From assembly GCF_964229375.1 (NCBI RefSeq), contig NZ_CAXREH010000155.1, positions 384 to 64,383 on the forward strand: a stretch of 64,000 bases of DNA. Reading direction: 5' to 3'. The notes under the pieces were generated by a model. That model was not told the DNA's origin. It searched no databases and worked only from the letters and a program-made list of their open reading frames with translations. The DNA is from Cognatishimia sp. (GTDB taxonomy: Bacteria; Pseudomonadota; Alphaproteobacteria; Rhodobacterales; Rhodobacteraceae). The first letter of the stretch is position 1, and each line of letters begins with the position of its first letter. A program made the translations under genes and the position numbers. Shown here one piece after another: positions 29,472 through 38,894 of the stretch.

Positions 29472-30021
29472 TGTCTTACACGTAGATCCCGGCGAGCGTG
29501 GCAGCCTGCGCATTTTTACTGTCGACATAGAGGCCAGCGCGCGGCGCAAATTGCTGACCCCGAAATCGGACATGCCCCCGGTTGGCGCAGCATTGGGTGG
29601 ATTGCTGGGCGTTGACTGGATCGATCCCGATCATGCCGATCTGTTTGATATTGCGGAATTGGACGACCTGGGGCTGCGAGGCTTTCTAAGCCAAGGGGCC
29701 GGCGTTTCGGAGGCCGATCTTGATGCGCATCGCGCACAGCTTGACGCGCTGAGCGGCACGGTTCTGATCGTTTATGCGCGCGGGTTTTCCGAAGCGGGCC
29801 ATCAGCTGACGCCCGCACCGCAGGTGACCCCTGTGTTGTATCTTAGGGAAGACAAAGAGCACATTCAGTTTGACCCATTGCCAAGTGCCGCTGCGCAAGG
29901 ACAGTTGACGCCCCCACCGCCGGTGCAGAAAACCCCGCATCTGACGGTTTTGCTGGCAATCCTGGCATTGCCCATTCTGGCGCTGATTGTTGGCGCGGTG
30001 GTGCTGGGGGTTCTCAGATGA
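29464..30021 (+). CDS. Conserved hypothetical protein with C-terminal TM anchor
   Basis: ATG 29464 overlaps the upstream gene, AAGG RBS; LGVDWIDPDHADLF...LGLRGFL; C-terminal hydrophobic tail. Confidence 0.75.
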   Translation: MSDVLHVDPGERGSLRIFTVDIEASARRKLLTPKSDMPPVGAALGGLLGVDWIDPDHADLFDIAELDDLGLRGFLSQGAGVSEADLDAHRAQLDALSGTVLIVYARGFSEAGHQLTPAPQVTPVLYLREDKEHIQFDPLPSAAAQGQLTPPPPVQKTPHLTVLLAILALPILALIVGAVVLGVLR

Positions 30022-30109
30022 CACAAAGTCCGCGCGCAATTTTGTTGACGGGCCATCCCCAAAAAGGCATGTCGCCAGACACGCGCTTGGACCTGCAGGA
30101 AGAGATGAC

Positions 30110-31384
30110 ATGAAAACAGTTTTCATCAATGCACGGCTGATTGATCCCACGCAGAAGCAGGATCTGCATGGCAACCTTCTGGTCGAAGACGGCAAGATTG
30201 CAGCCCTAGGCGCGCATATCGACATACCTGCTGACGCCAAGGTCATAGACTGCGCGGGGGCCTGCCTTGCGCCCGGAATTGTCGACATTGGCGTTAAGGT
30301 TTGTGAACCCGGTGAACGTCACAAGGAAAGCTATCGATCCGCGGGCCTCGCCGCCGCGGCCGGAGGCGTTACGACGATTGTGACCCGGCCTGACACGACC
30401 CCTGCCATCGACACGCCTGAGACGCTCGAGTTTGCCACGCGTCGCGCAAACCAAGCCGCGCCGGTCAATGTTTTGCCTATGGCCGCGCTGACCAAGGATC
30501 GCGCCGGGCGTGAAATGACCGAAATCGGGTTCCTGATGGACGCCGGGGCCGTAGCCTTTACCGATTGCGACCATGTGGTCACCGAGACCAAAGTGTTTTC
30601 GCGCGCGCTCACCTATGCGCGCAGCCTTGGCGCTCTGGTTATTGCCCATCCGCAGGAACCTGGCCTGTCAAAAGGGGCCGCAGCGACGTCTGGGAAATTT
30701 GCCTCGCTACGCGGCTTACCGTCGGTGTCGCCCATCGCCGAACGCATGGGGCTTGATCGCGACATCGCCCTGATCGAAGTCACGGGCGCGAAATACCACG
30801 CCGACCAGATCACAACTGCGCGCGCGTTGCCCGCGCTTGAGCGCGCGAAAAACAACGGGCTGGATATCACCGCCGGCACTTCTATCCACCATTTGACGCT
30901 GAACGAATTGGACGTTGCGGATTATCGCACCTTTTTCAAAGTCAAACCGCCCCTGCGCAGCGAAGACGACCGTCAGGCCATCATCGCCGCCGTAAAGTCC
31001 GGCTTGATTGACACCATCAGCTCGATGCACACACCGCAAGATGAGGAAAGCAAACGTCTGCCCTTTGAGGAAGCTGCCTCTGGCGCAGTCGCGCTCGAGA
31101 CGCTGTTGCCTGCGGCCATGCGGCTTTTCCACGCTGAACTTTTGACGCTTCAAGATCTGTTTCGGGCGATGTCCTATAATCCGGCCAAGCGTCTTGGCCT
31201 TGCCTGCGGGCGTCTGGACGTAGGGGCCCCTGCGGACCTTGTGCTGTTTGATCCCGATGCGCCCTTCGTGCTGGATCGCTTCAAACTGAACTCGAAATCC
31301 AAGAACACGCCGTTTGACGGCCAGCGGATGCAGGGCAAAGTCCGCGCCACATTTGTGAACGGCGTCAGCGTCTTTCAGACCTGA
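30110..31384 (+). CDS. pyrC: Dihydroorotase-like protein, probably inactive PyrC' (ATCase partner)
   Basis: PGIVD, AAAAGGVTT, KVKPPLR, SKSKNTPFDG; HxH replaced by GVK and the DHAP segment by MHTP. Confidence 0.88.
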   Translation: MKTVFINARLIDPTQKQDLHGNLLVEDGKIAALGAHIDIPADAKVIDCAGACLAPGIVDIGVKVCEPGERHKESYRSAGLAAAAGGVTTIVTRPDTTPAIDTPETLEFATRRANQAAPVNVLPMAALTKDRAGREMTEIGFLMDAGAVAFTDCDHVVTETKVFSRALTYARSLGALVIAHPQEPGLSKGAAATSGKFASLRGLPSVSPIAERMGLDRDIALIEVTGAKYHADQITTARALPALERAKNNGLDITAGTSIHHLTLNELDVADYRTFFKVKPPLRSEDDRQAIIAAVKSGLIDTISSMHTPQDEESKRLPFEEAASGAVALETLLPAAMRLFHAELLTLQDLFRAMSYNPAKRLGLACGRLDVGAPADLVLFDPDAPFVLDRFKLNSKSKNTPFDGQRMQGKVRATFVNGVSVFQT

Positions 31385-31446
31385 GCACCCGGCAAACGCG
31401 CCTTTGATCCCTGTGTGCCCCAACCGCCCTAACGACGGAGACATCC

Positions 31447-32052
31447 ATGCCTGAATTTACCACCGTTCCCTCGCTTTTGGCGCTTGCTGCTGTGTTTGGC
31501 TATGTTTTGGGGTCAATTCCATTTGGGCTGATTCTGGCGCGCGTCATGGGGTTGGGCAATCTGCGCAACATCGGATCGGGCAATATCGGCGCAACCAACG
31601 TGCTGCGGACGGGGTCAAAGACAGCAGCAGCTTTGACGTTGCTGCTGGACGGGGGCAAAGGCGCGGTTGCAGTCATTTTGGCCCGCGTCTGGATCGGCGA
31701 AGACGCCGCGCAAATCGCGGGCCTCTTGGCGTTTGTCGGTCACTGTTTTCCGGTCTGGCTGCGGTTCAAAGGCGGCAAAGGCGTCGCGACATTTTTAGGG
31801 CTGATGCTGGCGCTGTTCTGGCCCGTCGGAATTGCGTGCTGTTTGACATGGCTGGCGACGGCCGTTGTGACACGGATCTCGTCACTTTCGGCCCTTGTCT
31901 CCGCTGCCAGCGCTGCGCTTTGGTTGGTGGTTTTTGGCCAGACTGGTATGGTCGCGCTGGCCTTGGCGTTAACCGCTCCTATCTTTTGGCGGCACGGGGC
32001 CAATATCGCGCGGCTGCGCGATGGCACAGAACCCAAGATTGGCAAGAAATAG
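31447..32052 (+). CDS. plsY: Glycerol-3-phosphate acyltransferase
   Basis: GSIPFG, GSGNIGATNVLR, GHCFPVWLRFKGGKGVAT, RHGANIARL. Confidence 0.95.
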   Translation: MPEFTTVPSLLALAAVFGYVLGSIPFGLILARVMGLGNLRNIGSGNIGATNVLRTGSKTAAALTLLLDGGKGAVAVILARVWIGEDAAQIAGLLAFVGHCFPVWLRFKGGKGVATFLGLMLALFWPVGIACCLTWLATAVVTRISSLSALVSAASAALWLVVFGQTGMVALALALTAPIFWRHGANIARLRDGTEPKIGKK

Positions 32053-32083
32053 CCCGCAAGCTGGTCGCTGCGGGCCGGTCCAA

Positions 32084-33454
32084 TCAATAGCTGAATTCTT
32101 CGTATATCCGCGACAGATCCCCACCCCATTCGCCGTGATACTTGGCCAAAAGCTCGTCCGCAGGCACCATGCCGCTGTCGATGCTTTCCTGAAGCGCGTT
32201 CAGGAAGTGGGTTTCATCAGGCACCAGACCGCCTGCACCAGCTAGGTTGCGTTCTTTCAGGCCTGCCTCGCTGATCGCCAGCACCTCGCGCGCCAGTTCA
32301 TGCATATTGATATTGCCGACGCGGGCCTGCAACCCGTGCACACTGGCCTCAACGCGCAGGGCTTCGCGGGTTTCCGCGTCCCAGTCTTTGACCAGATCCC
32401 AGGCCGCATCAAGCGAGGATTGCGAATACATCAATCCAACCCAGAACGCAGGCAAAGCGCACAGACGACGCCACGGACCACCATCCGCGCCGCGCATCTC
32501 CATGTATTTCTTGATACGGGCTTCTGGGAAGGCGGTCGTCAGGTGATCTGCCCAATCAGACAGGGTCGGGATTTCACCGGGCAATGCCGGAAGTTGACCC
32601 TTTAGGAAATCACGGAACGACTGACCTAAGGCATTGATATATTTGCCATCTCGATAGACGAAATACATCGGCACATCGAGCGCATATTCCGCATAGCGCT
32701 CAAACCCCATGCCATCTTCAAACACAAACGGCAGCATGCCCGTGCGCGCGTCGTCCAGATGACGCCAGATATAGCTGCGCCAGGATTTGTGGTTGTTCAC
32801 CTTGCCCTCAAAGAAGGGCGAATTCGCAAACAGGGCTACGGCAACCGGCTGCAACGCCAGGGCCACGCGCAGCTTTTGAACCATGTCGGCCTCGGATCCG
32901 AAATCCAGATTGACCTGCACCGTGCAGGTGCGCCGCATCATCGCGCGCCCCATCGAGCCGACTTTTTCCATGTAGTCGTTCATCAACCGATACCGGCCTT
33001 TCGGCATCAGCGGCATCTCGTCGTGGGACCAGATCGGAGCCGCCCCCAGACCGATGAATTTTGCGCCGATTTCATCGGCAATATCCTGAACTTCGCGCAG
33101 GTGAATATTCACCTCGTCGCACGTCTGGTGAATGGACTCCAGCGGAGCGCCAGACAGCTCGAGTGCGCCACCCGGCTCAAGGCTGACATTCGCGCCTTCT
33201 TTCTCAAGACCGATCAGCTTGTCGGCTTCCATAACGGGGGACCAGCCGTGGCGGTCACGCAGCCCCTCAAGGATCGCAACAATCGACCGTTTTCCATCAA
33301 ATGGCAGAGGTTGCAGCGTGTCTTTGCAATAGCCGAACTTCTCGTGTTCGGTGCCAATGCGCCAAGCATCTTTGGGTTTACACCCCGAGACCAGATATTC
33401 CGTAAGTTGATCGTGGCTTTCGATGGGTCCGCCACCGGACTGTGGGATCGACAT
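32084..33454 (-). CDS. gshA: Glutamate-cysteine ligase
   Basis: RIGTEHEKF, SLEPGGALELSG, CTVQVNLDF, ALFANSPF, FPEARIKKYMEMRGADG. Confidence 0.96.
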   Translation of the reverse strand: MSIPQSGGGPIESHDQLTEYLVSGCKPKDAWRIGTEHEKFGYCKDTLQPLPFDGKRSIVAILEGLRDRHGWSPVMEADKLIGLEKEGANVSLEPGGALELSGAPLESIHQTCDEVNIHLREVQDIADEIGAKFIGLGAAPIWSHDEMPLMPKGRYRLMNDYMEKVGSMGRAMMRRTCTVQVNLDFGSEADMVQKLRVALALQPVAVALFANSPFFEGKVNNHKSWRSYIWRHLDDARTGMLPFVFEDGMGFERYAEYALDVPMYFVYRDGKYINALGQSFRDFLKGQLPALPGEIPTLSDWADHLTTAFPEARIKKYMEMRGADGGPWRRLCALPAFWVGLMYSQSSLDAAWDLVKDWDAETREALRVEASVHGLQARVGNINMHELAREVLAISEAGLKERNLAGAGGLVPDETHFLNALQESIDSGMVPADELLAKYHGEWGGDLSRIYEEFSY

Positions 33455-33517
33455 GAGGCGCTCCGGCTGTTTCGCTAACGCTAGGGTGCTTAGCTGTGAC
33501 GCGAGTCGGCGGCAGTG

Positions 33518-34027
33518 TCAATGCAATGCGCGTGGCCGTTTGGCCCAGATCACAACCACGTCATCCGCCCCCTTGTTGAGCGCAGTCAAAAGGTGATCTG
33601 TGCGGATGCCCGACAGGGCCGCAAAAGCATCAAAAAGCTGGTCCGTGCCTTCGGCATTTACCGGGATATACAGATCCGCCTGCCCCGGTTGGCTTAGAAC
33701 CCAGACCGGTGGTGTGCTGGTCGGGTCAAGGCTGAGCATGTTCAGCTCTCGGATCGATACAGTGCCGCCGTTAAACGGGCCAAAATAGCTGATTTCGCCC
33801 TCATCGACGGTCACAACACCAACGCCCCCATTGCCCACGCGAAACCGCGCGCGTTGCAGGCCCGTAAAGGTCAAGATCGCACCGCCAATCGCCACGACCC
33901 CTCCGACCCATTGCAGAAGGCCGGTGCCGGTCGTCCAGTAAAGCCCCAGCACAACAACAAGAATACCGATAAGCGCTTCACGCCACCGCAGGAATACCGC
34001 CTGCGCTTCGGGTCTAATGAAATTCAT
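33518..34027 (-). CDS. Conserved hypothetical membrane protein
   Basis: MNFIRPEA…RWRE, two TM helices, VTVDEGEISYFGP; GGAGG RBS. Confidence 0.8.
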   Translation of the reverse strand: MNFIRPEAQAVFLRWREALIGILVVVLGLYWTTGTGLLQWVGGVVAIGGAILTFTGLQRARFRVGNGGVGVVTVDEGEISYFGPFNGGTVSIRELNMLSLDPTSTPPVWVLSQPGQADLYIPVNAEGTDQLFDAFAALSGIRTDHLLTALNKGADDVVVIWAKRPRALH

Positions 34028-34884
34028 AGCTGCCCTCCCAGTCGCACTGGCGTTTTGGCTAGAAAGAGACGGTAGTGCCCGATCTGCGTGAAGCCAATTT
34101 TCTCATAGGCTTTGGTGGCCATTTCGCTGGCCGCGAACAAAATCGCCTGCTTTACACCTGCCCCACGCTCTTCGGTCATATGTGCCGCGATAACGCGACC
34201 AGCAAAGCCTTGCCCGCGCAGATGCCGCGGCGTGTAGACGCCGCCGATCTGCACCATATTTTTCACTCGCGCGTTGATTGACGACATCGCCACCGATTGA
34301 TCTTCAACCGTCAGAATGCGCGTCGCGTTCTCTTGGACCGAAACCGTGGCCCGCGTCGCGGAATCCTCATCCACATTGGCGTCGTCGGCAGTGTTCAACC
34401 CTGCATCCACAAGATATCCTCGCCACCAGTCTTTTAAAAGCGACCAGTCATCCGCAGACGGTGCGCGAATGTCAGACGCGCTATCCGGTAAATCGCTCAG
34501 ATCCATGAACATCAAAGGGTCCAACGCATCTAAGGCAACGTCATCGGCATGAATGCCCAATACGGACATCACATGTTCGACTTGCGCGGCGTCCCCGGTA
34601 ATTCCTCGGAATAGCCGCCCCGCAACGCATTGCGCAAAGGCTTGCCAGACCGCGTGATCCCCGTCTGGGCACTGAACCATGAGATACCCTTGCATGGTCG
34701 CCCCAAAGACCCCCTGGATAGAGCCAGAGTCTTCCAGGACCCAGAACTCGGTTCCATGGCGGTGCTCGCGCTCAAACAAACCATGCTCCAGCAGGTTTCC
34801 TGCCAAAAACATGGACGTGGCAAGATGCGGTTGCAAAAAAGCGAGGAGCGCAGGTTCATCCCCTGCGCGCGCCGCGCGTATCAT
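34024..34884 (-). CDS. GNAT family N-acetyltransferase
   Basis: QIGGVYTPRHLRGQGFA acetyl-CoA motif, AYEKIGF; ATGA overlap with rsmE. Confidence 0.88.
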   Translation of the reverse strand: MIRAARAGDEPALLAFLQPHLATSMFLAGNLLEHGLFEREHRHGTEFWVLEDSGSIQGVFGATMQGYLMVQCPDGDHAVWQAFAQCVAGRLFRGITGDAAQVEHVMSVLGIHADDVALDALDPLMFMDLSDLPDSASDIRAPSADDWSLLKDWWRGYLVDAGLNTADDANVDEDSATRATVSVQENATRILTVEDQSVAMSSINARVKNMVQIGGVYTPRHLRGQGFAGRVIAAHMTEERGAGVKQAILFAASEMATKAYEKIGFTQIGHYRLFLAKTPVRLGGQL

Positions 34885-35618
34885 GCCCAATCCCCCAGCG
34901 TTTTCTGCCAGAGCGTCATCGCCGCGACCGCTGCTGTGTCAGCGCGCAGGATACGTGGCCCCAAGGATACTGTGGTGGTGCCCTTCATCGACGTCAGGCG
35001 CGCGCGTTCCGTGTCGGAAAACCCGCCCTCGGGCCCGATGAATATGGCCCACGGTCCCGCGGAGTCTGCACCTTCGCTGGCGAGATCCAAGGTCGCCTGT
35101 CCAACCTCAGCTTCGTCACAGAACATGATGCGGCGGTCGGCGGGCCAATCGGCCAAAAGCCGGTCGAATTTTTGCAGATCAGACACCTCGGGCACAAAGG
35201 TTCCGCCACATTGCTCGGCTGCCTCAACGGCATGCGCCTGCAGACGATCCTGCCGCACCCGTTCCGAATTGGTGAACTCTGTCTGCATCGGGACAATCCG
35301 GGCCGCGCCCATTTCGGCGGCTTTCTCGACGATGAAATCCGTGCGGGCCTTTTTGATCGGCGCAAAGACCAGCCACAGGTCCGGCGGCATGTGCAACGGC
35401 TTGGTCATTTCTGAACAGACCAGCTCTCCGGCGCGTTTCCCGGCGCTGGCCACATCCGCGCGCCATTCGCCATCTCGGCCATTGAACAGCAAAACAGATG
35501 ACCCGACGGTCAGTCGCATTACCCCAAAGAGATAATGCGCCTGATCACGATCCAGAGGAACCGATTGCCCTGCCCCCAGCGGGTGATCTACATACAGTCT
35601 GACTTTTGCATCCTTCAT
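34881..35618 (-). CDS. rsmE: 16S rRNA m3U1498 methyltransferase
   Basis: HYLFGVMRL, VEKAAEMG, EAAEQCG, IGPEGGFS, LGPRILRADTA. Confidence 0.96.
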   Translation of the reverse strand: MKDAKVRLYVDHPLGAGQSVPLDRDQAHYLFGVMRLTVGSSVLLFNGRDGEWRADVASAGKRAGELVCSEMTKPLHMPPDLWLVFAPIKKARTDFIVEKAAEMGAARIVPMQTEFTNSERVRQDRLQAHAVEAAEQCGGTFVPEVSDLQKFDRLLADWPADRRIMFCDEAEVGQATLDLASEGADSAGPWAIFIGPEGGFSDTERARLTSMKGTTTVSLGPRILRADTAAVAAMTLWQKTLGDWA

Positions 35619-35630
35619 GAGGACCTACAT

Positions 35631-36596
35631 ATGGGCGAGACGCCGCTAGCACCAGAGCCAGAGGGTCAGGTTTCTGACGCTGTCAAAGGCAATTGGGTGG
35701 ATCACAGGGCGCCAGCCTGGTCGCGGCCCTATCTCAGACTGTCTCGCGCAGACCGCCCGACTGGCACCTGGCTGCTGTTTTTTCCCTGTCTGATGGGATT
35801 GTCGCTTGCGATTCTCAGCGACAACATCCTGACGCTGCATGATCTGTGGACGGTGGTGGCCTGCTTTGCCGGGTCTTTCCTGATGCGGGGCGCGGGCTGT
35901 ACCTGGAACGACATCACGGACCGCAACTTTGATGGGCAGGTCGAGCGAACGAAATCACGCCCGATTCCTTCGGGACAGGTGACGGTCAAAGGTGCCGTGA
36001 TCTGGATGCTGGTGCAGACGCTGGTGGCCTTTGGCATTCTGCTGACGTTCTACCCTACGGCAATTTATCTTGGCATCGCCGCTTTGGTGCCTGTGATGAT
36101 CTATCCCTTCGCCAAACGCTTTACGTGGTGGCCGCAAGTGTTTCTTGGCGTGGCCTTCAACTGGGGCGCATTGGTGGGCTGGACGGCGCACACCGGCTCT
36201 TTGGCTTGGCCTGCGGTGGTGCTTTATGTTTCGGGCATCACATGGACGCTGTTTTATGACACGATTTACGCGCATCAGGACAAAGAAGATGATGCGTTGA
36301 TCGGGGTGAAATCCACCGCGCGCCTGTTTCAAGAGCAAACGCCAAAATGGATGCTGGGCTTCCTGATCGCGACTGTCTCGCTGATGGGCGCGGCCGCGAT
36401 TTTGGTCACGCTAGATCGCAGTCCTTTGTCGCTAGTAGTTGCCCTTGCTGGCCCTTGGGCGATGGGCTGGCATCTGACCTGGCAGCTGCGGGTCATGGAT
36501 ATGGACAATCCCGACAGCCTTCTCAAACTGTTTCGTACAAATAGGGATGCCGGGCTCATCCCTTTGCTGTTTTTTGCCATCGCCTATTTCGTCTGA
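35631..36596 (+). CDS. ubiA: 4-hydroxybenzoate polyprenyltransferase
   Basis: RADRPTGTWLL, AGCTWNDITDRNFDGQVERTKSRPIPSG, YDTIYAHQDKEDD; start set at ATG 35631 (GAGGA upstream). Confidence 0.95.
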   Translation: MGETPLAPEPEGQVSDAVKGNWVDHRAPAWSRPYLRLSRADRPTGTWLLFFPCLMGLSLAILSDNILTLHDLWTVVACFAGSFLMRGAGCTWNDITDRNFDGQVERTKSRPIPSGQVTVKGAVIWMLVQTLVAFGILLTFYPTAIYLGIAALVPVMIYPFAKRFTWWPQVFLGVAFNWGALVGWTAHTGSLAWPAVVLYVSGITWTLFYDTIYAHQDKEDDALIGVKSTARLFQEQTPKWMLGFLIATVSLMGAAAILVTLDRSPLSLVVALAGPWAMGWHLTWQLRVMDMDNPDSLLKLFRTNRDAGLIPLLFFAIAYFV

Positions 36597-36657
36597 TTGA
36601 AAGAACACCATGAACTGGCGTAACACTTTGGCAAACACCGGGGATAAGATTTCTCAA

Positions 36658-38580
36658 ATGCGTTTGCCCGTGCAACTTCCCTTCAACCTCCCAATGGTTG
36701 GAACTTTTCTCTTCGCAGCGTTTCTGAGCGTTGTGGCCGCGTATTTTACGGCACTTGCCGTAGAAGACGTTTCCGAAGACGGCGTGCTGGACGCGCTCGA
36801 GGCCAAAAACATGGACTGGGTCGAAGTCCATGCCGAAGGGCTGAATGTCTTTCTGACGGGCGTTGCACCGCAAGAATCAGATCGGTTTATCGCCTTGAGC
36901 GTCGCCGGAACCGTGGTCGATGCGGCGCGTGTCATCGACAATATGGACGTGCAGGCCTCGGTCGCGCTGGCGCCGCCCAAGTTTTCGATCGAAATTCTGC
37001 GCAATGATTCCGGCATCTCGCTGATCGGTCTGGTCCCAGAAGAGAACAACCGGCAGGTTATCCTGCGCCGTATGACCTCGATTGCGGGCGGGTCGGACAA
37101 TCTGAGCGACTTTATGGAAGTCGCGGAGCATCCGGTGCCCTCTGGCTGGTCACAGGCGCTTGGTTTCGCGATTGAGAGCCTTGAGGATCTGCCACGAGCC
37201 AAAGTCTCGGTTGAAAGCGGGCGTGTGACCATCACAGCGATGGCCGACAGCCCCGAAGAAAAAATCACGCTTCAGGCACGCATACGCGGCAATGTTCCTG
37301 CGGACGTTGATCTGGACCTGACGATTTCGTCGCCGCTGCCGGTGATCACCCCCTTCACGCTGCGCGCCAAGCTTGAGGGCGACACCTTTGAGTTTGACGC
37401 CTGTTCTGCCGACACCACAGAAGCGCGCGACCAGATCCTGACCGCCGCCGCACAGGCCGGCATGGCAGGCGACGCTGACTGCCGCGTCGGGCTTGGCGTA
37501 CCAACGCCCCGCTGGGCCGACGCCGCAGAAGTCGCGATCAATGCGCTTAAGGATCTGGGCGGAGGTTCTGTGACCATCACGGATGCCGACATCGCGCTGA
37601 TTTCGATGCCGAATATGGATGCCGCGCGCTTTGACCGTGTTGTGGCAGAAACCAAAAAAGAGCTGCCTGAGGTGTTCACCCTGCACGCCACGCTGCCCAT
37701 CATTGAGGACGGCGAGGTTCAAATCCCCGAGTTCGGCGCGACGCTCAGCCCGGAAGGTCTGGTACAGCTGCGCGGTAAACTTGGCACCGAGCTGAGCCGT
37801 ACGACGATCCGCAGCTATGCCCAAGCGCGCTTTGGCAGCGACAGCATCTACGATGCAACGCGCCTGACCGACACGTTGCCTGTGGGATGGGCCAATCGGG
37901 TCATGGCGGGGCTGGATGCCTTGTCAGAACTGCACAATGGATCGATGACCGTCACACCAGACGTTGTCGACGTACGCGGCCAGTCCGGACGCGAGGATGC
38001 CGGTACGCGGATCAGTCAGGTTCTCAGCGCCAAGCTGGGCGAAGCTGAACATTTCTCGTTGAATGTCGCCTATAACGACGCGCTGAACCCGTTGGCCAAT
38101 TTGCCCACGCCGGAAGAATGCCTCGCAGACATCCAAGCCACCCAAAGCGACAGTAAGATCCTGTTTGAATCAGGCTCGGGCACTTTGGACAAATCAGCCG
38201 GACCCATTCTGGATCAGATCGCGGAAATCCTGAAAGCCTGCGGTGGCATTCGCCTGCAGATTCAGGGCCATACCGACAGCCAGGGCCGCGAAAGCATGAA
38301 CCAGGCTCTCAGCCAGAACCGTGCGCAATCCGTCCTTGCTGCCCTGCGTGAACGCCGCGTGCTGACGGGTAACTTCCAAGCCGTCGGTTTTGGTGAAACC
38401 CAGCCGATCGCTGACAACGAAACCGAGGAAGGACGCGAAGCCAATCGTCGTATTGAATTCGTGATCCTTGCCGAAGAAGACGCCGAAGACAGCGCCGAAG
38501 CCGACGCATCCGAGGACGCAGAGGCTGGCGAAGACGACGCCGAGACCACCGAAGAGGAGACCGAGAATGTCCAGAACTGA
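36658..38580 (+). CDS. Membrane-anchored OmpA-family protein with BON-like repeats and an acidic tail
   Basis: N-terminal TM; C-terminal IQGHTDSQG, LSQNRA, GFGETQPIADN, ANRRIEF; start could be 36610. Confidence 0.88.
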   Translation: MRLPVQLPFNLPMVGTFLFAAFLSVVAAYFTALAVEDVSEDGVLDALEAKNMDWVEVHAEGLNVFLTGVAPQESDRFIALSVAGTVVDAARVIDNMDVQASVALAPPKFSIEILRNDSGISLIGLVPEENNRQVILRRMTSIAGGSDNLSDFMEVAEHPVPSGWSQALGFAIESLEDLPRAKVSVESGRVTITAMADSPEEKITLQARIRGNVPADVDLDLTISSPLPVITPFTLRAKLEGDTFEFDACSADTTEARDQILTAAAQAGMAGDADCRVGLGVPTPRWADAAEVAINALKDLGGGSVTITDADIALISMPNMDAARFDRVVAETKKELPEVFTLHATLPIIEDGEVQIPEFGATLSPEGLVQLRGKLGTELSRTTIRSYAQARFGSDSIYDATRLTDTLPVGWANRVMAGLDALSELHNGSMTVTPDVVDVRGQSGREDAGTRISQVLSAKLGEAEHFSLNVAYNDALNPLANLPTPEECLADIQATQSDSKILFESGSGTLDKSAGPILDQIAEILKACGGIRLQIQGHTDSQGRESMNQALSQNRAQSVLAALRERRVLTGNFQAVGFGETQPIADNETEEGREANRRIEFVILAEEDAEDSAEADASEDAEAGEDDAETTEEETENVQN

Positions 38581-38857
38581 GTTTATCATCGCCACCGCGA
38601 TCGTTCTCTTTATCGCCTTTAGTCTGGGGTGGTTGGCCAATTGGCTGGTGCATCGCTTTACCCGCGTTGCACAATCTGACGTGGATGAACTGGAACGCAT
38701 GAGCCAAGAGTTGCACGACGCAGAAGAGACGCGCGATCAGGCGATCTTGTACCTTCAACAGCGCGAAGCCGAGCTGACCAATCAACTCAGCCAGACCGAA
38801 GCTGAACTCTCTGCAGCAATGGAAGGTCTGCGCGACGCGCGGGCACAGCTGGGCTAG
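38567..38857 (+). CDS. Small TM plus coiled-coil protein coupled to the OmpA-family gene
   Basis: GAGGAG RBS, ATG 38567 overlaps the upstream stop; MSRTEFIIATAIVLFIAFSLGWLANW, then heptad-rich region. Confidence 0.8.
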   Translation: MSRTEFIIATAIVLFIAFSLGWLANWLVHRFTRVAQSDVDELERMSQELHDAEETRDQAILYLQQREAELTNQLSQTEAELSAAMEGLRDARAQLG

Positions 38858-38894
38858 ACATACATAGCGATGCATCCACTCGGCAGTGTGGCGG

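Noticed and set aside
38470-38565. Repeat-like GAAGACGCC/GCCGAAG run as a CRISPR or tandem array
   Set aside because: It encodes the acidic low-complexity tail of the OmpA-family protein; there is no repeat-spacer periodicity and no cas genes.
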